From Perna viridis (lineage: Eukaryota), in the NCBI GenBank assembly GCA_037379345.1, contig CM074513.1, positions 51,191,195-51,255,194 of the forward strand: a stretch of 64,000 nt of DNA, in the 5' to 3' direction. The position numbers and the translations under genes are program-made. A model generated the notes under the pieces. That model was given only the letters and a program-made list of their open reading frames with translations. It made no database searches and was not told the origin of the DNA. Below, one piece after another: positions 54,101 to 63,307 of the stretch (the first letter of the stretch is position 1; the number at the start of each line of letters is the position of its first letter).

Positions 54101-56434
54101 CATCTCCCACATAAATCAAGAATGATGACTTTGCAAAGTGCAAATTTCTAACACAATCTATATAATTTTCATCTCATCTTAAAGTCCAACTGAATGACAA
54201 ACTAAAACTGATTATGTGGTTTGTAACTGCTTCCAAACTATAAATAAAGGCAAAGTTGGTGGGCTCATTCATGAATCTTTTACAAAGAATACTACTTATT
54301 AAAACTACATCATGTACTGTACACGTTGATGTTACCATGTACAAGGAGTGTTCTCCTAAGTTCAAAGGTCTTGCCCTAAGGCTCTCAAGCCCTCTCCTTG
54401 CTTCTTGTTGCTACCCCTGAAGACATTGTCATTTCATTTGAAAATATTACAATGTAGTGTTAATTCTTAACTTGAAACAAGCACAAAAAGAGAAACAACA
54501 ATTAAATCTGAACTTGCAATCTGAAGCACTCAATGCAAGAAGTCAACACCACTGGTGACTAGAGGAAAAGTCTTCCAAATATCGTGATTTCATTTTTTAT
54601 GATGGGGTTGCATTTTTCTTTGTATTTGTGGGTAGTATCATACTACACAACCAAGAAATAAAGATATCCAACACACTATAATCTCCATGGATGAATGTAT
54701 ATTCAGATCTAATTGGATTCTACCAGGTAGATGTCAAAATATGGTATTGTTCAAGTGACATGGCAATAGAAGCAATATTAAATGGTCAACATCCTGTCAC
54801 CCAATAATTGTATAATCAAACGGCAAATTTATTGTCTTTAGTCCTACAGTAAGTAGCCCATGGACTAATGTCAGTGTTAACAATAAACAGGAAGAGTGAA
54901 ATTTCGTATTCTTGACATTTTTCGTAATTTCTTCAATATCAGTTGTTGCAAAAGAGACATTCAGTAAACTCAGGGTTTTACCGCTTTCCTTTTTAACACA
55001 GAAATAGCAATAGCACCTGAATATTTCGTTCACAAGATTTCTGACTTATCTTAACTTTTACTAGTAACCAAGGAAATTCAAACTGGAGTCTTGATTCCCT
55101 GATTGGTGTATCACATGCATATATGTAACTACATTTTTATTAAGAATGACCAATATATGAAGGAACCAATGACCATGTACACAAAAACTAAATATGAATG
55201 AAATTTTTGTTTTTAATCTTGAGCAAAAATACATGTATATTTGCTTCAGTGAATTTTTTTCCTGAATCTCAGACAGATTCATCAATTCTTAAAAATATAA
55301 TATTTATCCACAAATTACCAATTTAAGTTTCCAACAAATTGTCTTTTTTCCTCGTACAACAAAATTGATACACACGAAAACAGTAATTCCATGTATTCAG
55401 GTCAAAACTTCCTGGTTACATATTGCCTAATACAGAGAAAATTGACATCTTACATTTTGCATTGTGTAAATTAGGATCCTTAGAACTCAACAGTGATCAG
55501 GTTGAAACAAAACCAGAAACAGGGCTTAACATCCCTATTATAAATTTAGAACGTTTATAAAATTCTGAAAAAGTTAGATACATGTATTTAATTGGGACAG
55601 AGCATTGGTGACATCCAGAGGTATCTAAAATATGAATGGCTCAAAATCTTTCTGTCAGAAGTGATATATTTCAGAAATAAGATATGCAACTGCTTGAACT
55701 TTCAACACACATTCAAGGCATGTGTTATAGGACACATTCCCACTGATCTGAAATTGGCAATACAAAAACATAGCGGTACATCAACATACAAGTAGTCAAC
55801 TGTTATTTAAACTTTATAATAATAATTCATATTAAGAATTGTTTTCATTTTCATGATGGGTAAAAGGCCACCATATAAGGGGTAGATCCCCAAAAGAGGT
55901 GGTACTCCTATATTTTCAGGTTTTATGAAGTAATTTTCCCCAACATGATAACACCAGGCTTCTATCAAATTTTACTGTTATTTCTTTCCATTTAAAAAAT
56001 ATCATTATGTCAAATACTAGTGCTTTTTAACCATACAAACTTTACAGTCGGACGTTTTAACAAGGAACAGAGCATACATTTTTGTACATGTACAGTACCA
56101 ACAGCTGATTCTTCAATTTCTGTGTTAAGTATTATGAGATGGTCCCCAAACAATCACGTTCCATGTATGGGTATTTTAATACAATGTAATGGTTTCAAAT
56201 GTACTTTATGAGTTACAAGTAACCCCCAGAGACATATGGATTTCTTTAATCATTATAAAAGAGCAATACAATACTTACAGCTAAGTCAGGAGACGTAACA
56301 TCTCGCACTGAAACAGCTCGAACAAATCCAGACCGCCATTCCCAATCGCAAATTTTGTTAACTTTTAGTTTTCCTTGGCTTTGAACTGATAGAAATCTCT
56401 TCCCTACTAATTCCTCTCTACACTTATAAGCCAT
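1..56434 (-). CDS. JMJD1C: KDM3/JMJD1-family JmjC histone demethylase (JMJD1C-like), 5' portion; spliced, 9 exons in window, continues off the left edge
   Basis: Joined exons: 56434-56279, 40328-40176, 28145-28029, 22787-22581, 16027-15943, 9754-9663, 4729-4654, 3563-1904, 160-1. All introns are GT-AG with phases 0,0,0,0,1,0,1,2, and the frame stays open for 902 codons. The N-terminus (REELVGKRFL..WRSGFVRAVS..PDLA/ILVEFD..W.KREWV..FLVE..WPAL..VEFLVDK..GYRVEVYR..TQWYT..DP.LVQM) matches the JMJD1C/KDM3B N-terminal region as I recall it. Invertebrates usually have a single KDM3 gene, so the symbol means family orthologue. Confidence 0.9.
1904..3563 (-). CDS. JMJD1C: JMJD1C-like large coding exon 8: K/E/S-rich disordered region, P/Q-rich segment and start of an R/E coiled coil
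   Basis: Lies within ORF 1900..3585; acceptor tttttcag|AT; donor GAAAG|GTAGGG; 1660 nt, phase 1-2. Confidence 0.88.
4654..4729 (-). CDS. JMJD1C: JMJD1C-like coding exon 7 (VSRQNITQPEQNKLGKVQLKSAEQK)
   Basis: Acceptor tcttatag|GTT; donor AAAG|GTAAGA; 76 nt. Its 0-to-1 phase change is what is needed to join exon 6 to exon 8. No homology support because the region is poorly conserved. Confidence 0.75.
9663..9754 (-). CDS. JMJD1C: JMJD1C-like coding exon 6 (VVDSILRGVEIGIGPRRTRQANKEKDQSNST)
   Basis: Acceptor ttttag|TG; donor ACG|GTAAGA; 92 nt, phase 1-0; resembles vertebrate VVHSLLKGENIGITSRRRSRAN. Confidence 0.9.
14406..14635. repeat. Degenerate tandem repeat, ~47-52 bp unit, ~4.5 copies
   Basis: Recurrent tttact..actgacagac..tacag(c/g)ccatccaagtaa. 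Confidence 0.75.
15943..16027 (-). CDS. JMJD1C: JMJD1C-like coding exon 5 (ALDVTDDTVLEEHHEDPRLVQMRLLDDG)
   Basis: Acceptor tttctag|GCA; donor GGAG|GTATGT; 85 nt, ends in phase 1. Confidence 0.9.
17127..17272. repeat. Minisatellite, 35 bp x ~4
   Basis: agacaatctg..agggaagatgctatacatatgtt begins at 17127, 17162, 17197 and 17232, with a partial copy at 17267. Confidence 0.9.
18401..18619. mobile_element. TTAA-flanked MITE (Kolobok-like)
   Basis: TTAA at both ends (18401-4, 18616-9). ~30-bp TIRs gaaggtagacctagga-aagggacacaactct / agagttgtgtcccttaccataggtctatcttc. Purine termini favour Kolobok over piggyBac. Confidence 0.8.
18627..18836. repeat. Minisatellite, ~47 bp x ~4.5, abutting the MITE
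   Basis: ccattgtataatacact..gtaagttggagtgtgagtt at 18713, 18760 and 18807, plus degenerate copies to the left. Confidence 0.85.
19209..19378. repeat. Exact 85-bp tandem duplication inside an old interspersed repeat
   Basis: tttacacacgtgactgttcagaaacc...ggtcataac at 19209-19293 and 19294-19378. Confidence 0.92.
22581..22787 (-). CDS. JMJD1C: JMJD1C-like coding exon 4 (EGEQLHHPTFEG...LLTTPTVLVGYRVEVYRAEGTTQWYTAVIQSYNHATK)
   Basis: Acceptor ttttcag|GAA; donor AAG|GTTAGT; 207 nt; GYRVxVYR..TQW motif of KDM3 N-termini. Confidence 0.92.
24320..24551 (+). mobile_element. 3' end of a Helentron/HINE-like non-autonomous element
   Basis: agtttctgaggag, a GACA microsatellite, then a terminal stem-loop atgtctcccc..ggtgaagacataa; this layout is typical of mollusc HINE/DINE-like repeats. 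Confidence 0.55.
26881..27975. mobile_element. Non-autonomous hAT-like DNA transposon
   Basis: TIRs cagagctcacactact / agtagatatagccctg; flanks ctggat / ctgggt (6 bp, 1 mismatch); a related copy starts at 63308. Confidence 0.7.
28029..28145 (-). CDS. JMJD1C: JMJD1C-like coding exon 3 (NFRCIVDRSGCATSKRKPVEFLVDKKIAFVDEKIIKSFQ)
   Basis: Acceptor ttttag|AAT; donor CAG|GTAAGT; 117 nt; conserved VEFLVDK. Not in the ORF track; translated by hand. Confidence 0.9.
29871..30874 (+). mobile_element. Helentron/HINE-like element with an internal ~280-bp-period duplication
   Basis: 5' hairpin gcgct-aaa-agcgc; subterminal IR atacacccgtc (29892) / gacaggcgtat (30861); 3' stem-loop; block starting ttacatcagatttgac repeated at 30359 and 30641. 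Confidence 0.75.
31219..31556 (+). mobile_element. Truncated copy of the HINE-like family also found at 33894-34503 and 47851-48691
   Basis: Aligns by eye to the 47851-48410 part of the longer copy (tcaaaga.tgaagtct..ttactttcaacat..cacatagacatgtgtatga..tgtagcgatctttgggt), with an internal deletion. Confidence 0.8.
31763..31930 (-). pseudogene. hAT transposase C-terminal dimerisation domain remnant
   Basis: FYPRLKLVTKKYKAAPASSLSSERVFS matches the hATC signature P.L...A..YL..PASS..SER.FS; no intact upstream ORF. Confidence 0.75.
33894..34503 (-). mobile_element. Inverted copy of the HINE-like family
   Basis: Reverse complement of ~48143-48691 plus the family 5' end (ttagcgactttgaagacttcaatctttgatt). 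Confidence 0.85.
34981..35181. mobile_element. TA-flanked MITE
   Basis: TIRs tactgtgaaagtact / agtactcccacagta; ~200 bp; interrupts the HINE-like element. Confidence 0.75.
37545..38460. repeat. Minisatellite, 32-36 bp unit, homogeneous at 38065-38290
   Basis: Unit catctcccttcctaactcaggagccaggatgattgg and its variants (aacatctc..ctcagcagctaggactgtt). Confidence 0.92.
40176..40328 (-). CDS. JMJD1C: JMJD1C-like coding exon 2 (ILVEFDNQDWQKREWVRVHD...LFWPAL)
   Basis: Acceptor ttcttcag|ATA; donor TTG|GTAAGT; 153 nt, phase 0-0. Confidence 0.93.
43387..44435. repeat. Minisatellite, 55 bp x ~19
   Basis: acaagactgcacataagtgtggttcatggaacaatagcagtgatgatcgcccctg at 43421, 43476, 43531, 43586, 43641 and onward. 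Confidence 0.95.
45855..46425. repeat. Degenerate tandem repeat, ~55-62 bp x ~10
   Basis: Recurrent gcagttatctcagaattgacgaagaggtaagc(c/t)ttcaaacaaaactct. Confidence 0.8.
47851..48691 (+). mobile_element. Near full-length Helentron/HINE-like element
   Basis: 5' subterminal aaagttgctaa; 3' perfect hairpin aagtcgctaa-caata-ttagcgactt (48663-48687); A/T-run flanks; two other copies in the window. Confidence 0.8.
56279..56434 (-). CDS. JMJD1C: JMJD1C-like coding exon 1 (MAYKCREELVGKRFLSVQ...RDVTSPDLA)
   Basis: ATG at 56434; donor GCT|GTAAGT; 156 nt, phase 0; resembles the vertebrate MAVETRAELVGKRFL start. Confidence 0.92.
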
Positions 56435-56563
56435 TTCATTCACCGAAACCCCATATTTAAAACTCACATCGTTCAAAATATCACTAACTTCTTGAACAAA
56501 ATTCCTTCGTATCTCACACTGTTGTACGCAGCGTATGGATACACAACACACATATTTGACATA

Positions 56564-56577
56564 AGGTCAATAGGTCA
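56564..56577 (+). promoter_or_regulatory. Perfect nuclear-receptor DR2 (AGGTCA-AT-AGGTCA)
   Basis: Exact sequence match, 130 bp upstream of the start codon; function not shown. Confidence 0.45.
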
Positions 56578-58506
56578 TGTTTTATCAGCACTCTTAAGAG
56601 GAGATATAGTCCCAATAATTAAACTTCAAATTGCTTCTACTGGCTGACATTCTCAAAAATTTTGAAAGGTATATGGAAAATTTTATTTTTCAGTATATCT
56701 ATGACAGGCAGATAATTTTTACGATCATTATGCATTTACGTGAAGGCAACCACTAAATTGTGGCTTCAGGACTCTTATACTGGAATGGACTAAGATTTGG
56801 AAAATTTGTGATGGCAGTTAGAAATAATCTTTGCATACCTACCAAGTGTCAATATTTGTGGTGGATTTTCCCATGACAGCTCAAAAACTTAAAAATTTTA
56901 AAGAGCAATTTTGACCACCAAACATTCAAATAAGTAGTGCATTAGATTTGTTTTGTCTAGAAAAACACTGATGAATTTGAAGCCCCCTGGTTTTCTTGGG
57001 GACAGAGGACTATGTCATACGTAAAATCGCCCATGGGCATTTTTAAATGTTGTTAGATGTGTCTTTGTATATATCTGAAACACATATGTAACACCCAATA
57101 GCATCCTGTGTGAAATACTCTTCACCGAAAAAAAATAATATCAATAGGCTGATAGAGTAAACTAATAACGTAGTACGTCCCTTATACCCCATTATCAGTG
57201 ATTTTTTTTCTAGTAGCTTACCGCAAACTCCTTGCCATTATCAATTATCGAGAAAAAACAACAACAACCAGAAGATTTTTATACCCTTTTGGCCACTATT
57301 TATACATCGCTGAGAGAAAAAAAAACTTTTTTTATTCTTCAAACTTAATTTTATGGAACAAATATAAGTATCATCATGCAGCCCAACGACAACTCAGTTC
57401 TCTGATGGTACGAAGAAAGTAGATGTCATATTTACGGTTTTTCAGTTAAGGAAACACCCTACCCGCCAAAAATCGCTTAATTTGTCATATTTCTTCAATC
57501 TCAAGCAACCTTTGAGTATATGCTTTCGTAAAAAAAAAATCGCTTGTTGATATCTTCTGTTAAGTAATATCACAACTGATACTTAAAATGACTTAAGACA
57601 ATTTTCAAAATATAAAAAATTATCAAAGGGAAATCAAGGAAACAAGGATTATCTCAACGTTAATCAAAATGAACATAAAACATGGACAATGACCAGACCA
57701 AGAAAATAGACGCACACAACAACAAAAACGTGATATAACAAAGTTACACGGACATAAAACTTAAGTAAATGAGGAATCCAAGGCTTGACACAAGTCCCTC
57801 TTTTTAAATTGAAGAATAATGATGTATTTATTGACTGCATGATGTGCATCCCTCTGATAGTAAATCTACTATTGTTGAGGGAGAGCAGTTAGTAGTGGTT
57901 AGATTATTAGACAGATTTTCGTATGTTAAAGGGGGACTTTTAGCAAGTCTAGAGCAACCCACTCGTCACTCCACAACCATGAAGACAGGGCCATAAAACT
58001 TTTGTAGTGATGATTTTAACCATGGAGCAAGATAAGCTTGTTCCAGGCAGGCACCTACATATAATTGTTAGAAGTCTAGGACAGTACAAATAATCCACAT
58101 AGTTTTGACAAACTCTGACATAACGTATGATTCGTGATACGCAGTTGCTAAACGAAAGTTGCCAAAGATGAAAGGAAAGTTGACGAAACTGTGATCAAAC
58201 GAGAAGATTGTCGTATAGTCAAGTTAGTCATGAGTTTTCTCTTTCCATCGATCTGACCTGACATACAATCTAACAATATATATTTAGTTGATCAAGATAT
58301 GAGGCTCCACCGAGTTTGTAATGTCTGTGGTATCCTTTATCTCGAATTCTTTTGGGTAGATGTGATGCATAAAAAACCCCGAATCTAGGACAAAACGTCT
58401 ATATGTATAGCGGTAACCGAGAGGAAACGATCTGGCTTTACGATGTTCCTCATTGTTTTTGATAGGATAATCTATAAAGCCTCTCTCATAATACTGAGTG
58501 AGTGAA

Positions 58507-60543
58507 TGTGTGAATTAGGCACTTTGCAAGAGTTATCCTTACCTTACCTCTGGATCAAGACCCTCTTCAAAGAAGAACCGCAGTTTCCGAACTGTGTATA
58601 ATGTGCTATAGGGTGCTTTGTACAGTGTGTGTTGGTGTTCTTCATTATTTTACATCTACCACCATGAATTTTTGTGTGTAGATATGCACATCTATACACT
58701 AAACTCCCATCTTCATTTAGAATTATATATGCAATCCACATCAAGTTGAAATACAAATACAAATATTTTATTGGCTCAAACACAGATATAAGAAATGGTT
58801 AAGGCCCATTATATGCAAAGATATATATATGACATTATCAATATACATATATAATGTTGAGACTATAACAATAATTTGGCAGTTACACTGAAATATGAAA
58901 TAATTATAATAAAGTTTTCCTTAGATCAAGGCATTTAGATATGAAGAAGGAAGACATTTTAAGAACAGGAAGAGAGTTGCTATTTAAAATTAGGTTTACT
59001 TTCATGGTAACATCTTTATTATTAAACCACCGACTAGAGAAACATAGTTTGTTCCCATCAGAATACCAACCGTCTATTGAAAAACATCCCGCCGCATTTG
59101 ACGAATACGTACGTTGTCGATAAAAAATTCCAGCAACCTTTTTTTGTTAAGTTCATGACTATCAATTCATCTATAATTTCAGCATGAATATATATTTTTC
59201 AATGTCAATCATTATGTTGGTTATCAGGATCCAAAATCACTATGCATTTACTTACTTTGTCTTTTTCTTTACTCTATGACCTCCTCCACTTATTGGGTAC
59301 ACCAATACTACAGTTGGTTTAAAATATAATCACAGATCCGGTTCATTTATCCAAATCGATAGCCAAAAATTTAGCTTTGCCAGACTTCAAATTTACACGT
59401 TTACCTCCCTTTGTCTAGAGGGCGCTAGTGAACAAAATGGCAACTCAATGATTCGAAGTTTCAAAACTTGTGACATTTAATTAAGTAGTACTATTGTCAT
59501 GATCAGCAATGGTTTCTGCAATCATATCCAGACTTTTGATGTAAGTTTATTTGAAGAAAGAGACTGACTCGTTCGTTTATAATACTTGTCATTTCTTAAC
59601 ACACACAGTGTCAGTGACTGAGTGAGGTTGGGTTTTTGTTAAGTTTACAAGTTCATTATGCTCTTGTACACTCCGACTATAGTTTTGGTAATACACAGTG
59701 TTGCATATCAATTGTTAAGCAATTAGGATAAAAGTTTTCCAACGTCAAAACACTACAGATGTAGGTATAATTTTTACACATGTTATTATATTGTAGTCAC
59801 TTCCATAAATAACTCAATTAAATAATTTAAATACACAATTTTATCTTAAGTTGCAGTCTATTTAAAAATCAGACAGAGGGTGATTCATAAATTTAAAAAA
59901 TCCCAAAAATTTACTTTCATTATTAATTCAGAAACACTAGCAGACCACAATAACCATAGCAGACCACAATAACCAGTCTGTTGTTGCAATCTTATGTTTA
60001 AAATACATGTATGATATAGATTGTGTGTGAATTAGGCACTTTGCAAGAGTTATCCTTACCTTACCTCTGGATCAAGACCCTCTTCAAAGAAGAACCGCAG
60101 TTTCCGAACTGTGTATAATGTGCTATAGGGTGCTTTGTACAGTGTGTGTTGGTGTTCTTCATTATTTTACATCTACCACCATGAATTTTTGTGTGTAGAT
60201 ATGCACATCTATACACTAAACTCCCATCATTATTTAGAATTATATATGCAATCCACATCAAGTTGAAATACAAATACAAATATTTTATTGGCTCAAACAC
60301 AGATATAAGAAATGGTTAAGGCCCATTATATGCAAAGATATATATATGACATTATCAATATACATATATAATGTTGAGACTATAACAATAATTTGGCAGT
60401 TACACTGAAATATGAAATTAATATAATGAAGTTTTCCTTAGATCAAGGCATTTAGATATGAAGAAGGAAGACATTTTAAGAACAGGAAGAGAGTTGCTAT
60501 TTAAAATTAGGTTTACTTTCATGGTAACATCTTTATTATTAAA
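58507..60543. repeat. 520-bp direct repeat (58507-59026 and 60024-60543) around a ~1-kb unique spacer
   Basis: Copies are offset by 1517 bp; I saw only 5 mismatches. This explains the duplicated ORFs 58544..58783 and 60061..60300. Confidence 0.95.
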
Positions 60544-61390
60544 ATTTTTATAGTAGTTGCAAATTTTATTTTGAAATATATTTCTTTGTGTATTATATGC
60601 ACTACACAACTAAATAAAAAGTGTATTTCATCTTCAATGTTTTCACTATTACAAACTATATTTATATATGTCACACTCAGTGGCTTGTACACTATTAAAA
60701 CGGTTGAGTTTAATAGTTTTTCCGTTAAGTTAAAAAGATGAGATTAGTGCCACTTATTTAAAAGTATATAAGCCTTCCTATATCTTCACACTTTTGGTAT
60801 CTAAAATTTTATTTAACAATTCTCATATAACTGCTATTCATTTTAAAAGATTTTACTATCTAAAAATGTATTTTCTTTCTTGGACTTGGTATACGATCTT
60901 TAGTAGCAAAATGTAAAATTTTATTACCTTTCTTTTTTTGGTTTGATTTTGTCAAATTTATTGGGAGATGAATGTCATGTATGGTTCTCTCAAATATACA
61001 GATTTAATACAAAAAGAACTATTCAGGATTTCAAGATTTTTATTTACACAAAGCATATATTGATATTTAATAAATTGAAAATACAACACATTTAGGCCAT
61101 AAAAGAAACTTTTGATTAGTGGTTTTTTTGACACCAATATTGAAACACCTCTACCCTAGCCATAGACAGTGTCTGAATTTTAAATGGATTGGTACTTTAA
61201 TACTATTCATGTCAGCCTCTGGGATACCTATTGTAGGAGATGTATCTCATTGGGAAGTCCCCTATAGGAGCAATTTCATGTAGAGTTACAGTGTTTTCGA
61301 TAGTAGCCGGCAGCCAGTAAAATCAGGCACCTATCACTGAGTTTTTTCCAGCTATGGAAATTCTGATAAAAATTTTTTTGGTCAATGTTA

Positions 61391-62045
61391 CAGTGTGGAA
61401 AACCACCGCTCGCCAGCTCGCCAAATACGAGTATATGTATATTTTGGCGAGTTCTCATTTGCTTACACTTGTCAATTTGGCGACTGTCATTTGATTGGCA
61501 AGTTCCAAGTTTAGCTTAAATATGTCAAGTGAATTTTGGCATGATATGCAGAATTATATTGACTTATAAAGCATTGTTTACGATCTGCCATTTTAATTTC
61601 CGGTAAACAGGATACGCCAAAACCTAGGCGACGGTCCTGATCTCGTATTAGTATTCAAACGAAATTATCTTGCTAATTTAAGATCTGTTACCTTGCAAAT
61701 TAGATGTTTATTGTCAAAATAATAATGGACAAGAATCTAATGATTTTCTTGGTTCATAATGATGAATCTGTTGAAATATATACAATACTTTTGTTACTGT
61801 AAAGTACATGAAAAACTTAAATGGGAGGGAATATTCGAAAATGGAAAAGTTTTTGATAAATTTAAAAACAAATGAAAAGATAGTTGAAGAAAGAGAAGGA
61901 AAGGCAGAAGATAGTCAAATCCAAGAGAAAACAGATGATAGTACAGAAAAAAAAATGTGGCTAGTTGAATTTAAATTTGGCTAGCAAGATCAATATTCCA
62001 CTAGCCAGAATGGCAAGTTGGGGAAAAAAATCGTTTCTCACACTG
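61391..62045. mobile_element. Non-autonomous hAT-like DNA transposon with a 6-bp TSD
   Basis: TIRs cagtgtggaaaac / gtttctcacactg; perfect atgtta at 61385-61390 and 62046-62051; subterminal ctcgcca / tggctag repeats. Confidence 0.82.
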
Positions 62046-62910
62046 ATGTTAGAAAAAACAGAATTTGAATCTGGATATGGATCGGTGTTTAATCAGTCGT
62101 GCGTCTGCCATTTTGTCCAGATTGAAGGGTTATAACTGATGAGTTCGACTGTCAATCATTGTGTCGTTTGGAAAACAATAATTTTTCTTTTTTACGTTAT
62201 ACTTTTGTTTTACCTTTTTATTATTTGACAATAAAGTTTCCATCCAGTGAAAGTCTTACTACATAAATGCACAGAGTGTTGCACTAGTTGGAACCCCAGG
62301 TTACCTTACACTTACAGAGCCTGGTTAATGATCCATACAGATATGTGTAAAACCGTTCACCTTGTTTACATGATACATTTTTACATTTATACATTTTTAC
62401 CAACTAGCATTAAGCAGTGAGTGACTAAGGGTCAAAAGGTGTATATGCAACAAACATGCAAGATTAGATATTGTGACTGAAGATTAGACACAAAGTGTAA
62501 TTCCAGATTATGTACCTGTAAGCACTAAAAATTATATTCTCCTTAGAAATTTAATAAAAATTCAATATTAATTTTTTCAAGTAAAGCATTAGATAACAAA
62601 GTACATTTCTTATTCATTTAATCTAGGAAGAGTGATTTTGTTTTCTGGAATTGCACTTTGAACAATTCAATAGTAACATATATTAATGATTTGAAGAAGA
62701 GACATGACAGTTAAGAATGAATATAGGTCCATGCAACAATAAGCACAAAGCACAAGAAATATTATAAACACAGAATGTTTCTGTTGATGGTGAATATACA
62801 TTATGGCTATTACAATATCATTTTAAGAAAAAAAAATTGAAGCTGGATTAGAGGCAGTATAGTTAATGATTGGTAAAAAAAAATGAACTGATAAAGCTTA
62901 AATTTGTTTT

Positions 62911-62996
62911 TGGCCAGGGGGCTTAGCCCCCAAGGGTCCCCTACCAGGCACTGCCCTGGACCCGCTGGGGGCCTTAAGCGGCCCCCAGACCCCTCA
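62911..62996. repeat. GC-rich multi-hairpin fragment, probably the core of a common MITE
   Basis: Stems gggggc-tta-gccccc and ctgggggcc-ttaagc-ggcccccag in otherwise AT-rich DNA. Confidence 0.55.
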
Positions 62997-63307
62997 CAGT
63001 AATTTGGGTTTCCTCCTATTCATTTTTAATTTCCAGCTATTCAGAAACTTAGTTTGCAAATTATAGTATCTGTAACAGAACAATGTTCAAGTTCTGCATT
63101 GGCTCTTGGAATGGAAAGATCAAGAGCGTTGGACACTTTCATTTTTCCATTATAACGCCTCAGTACATCACCATTTGCATGCTTTACATATCATAAAAGT
63201 TCACTAAATGCAATGTACATGTAATAGGATAAGTAAAGCTTGCAATGTGCAATATAGCTGCTAAGAATACTTGGTAAGATCCAATCAAAGAACTCTTGTC
63301 CATCATC

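Noticed and set aside
56435-56551. 39-aa N-terminal extension of exon 1 in the ORF track
   Set aside because: It starts at a non-ATG codon, and family similarity begins at the ATG at 56434.
58507-60543. LTR retrotransposon/TRIM call and the duplicated 79-aa ORF
   Set aside because: No TG..CA termini, PBS, PPT or TSD seen. The ORF starts at a non-ATG codon and has no recognisable domain.
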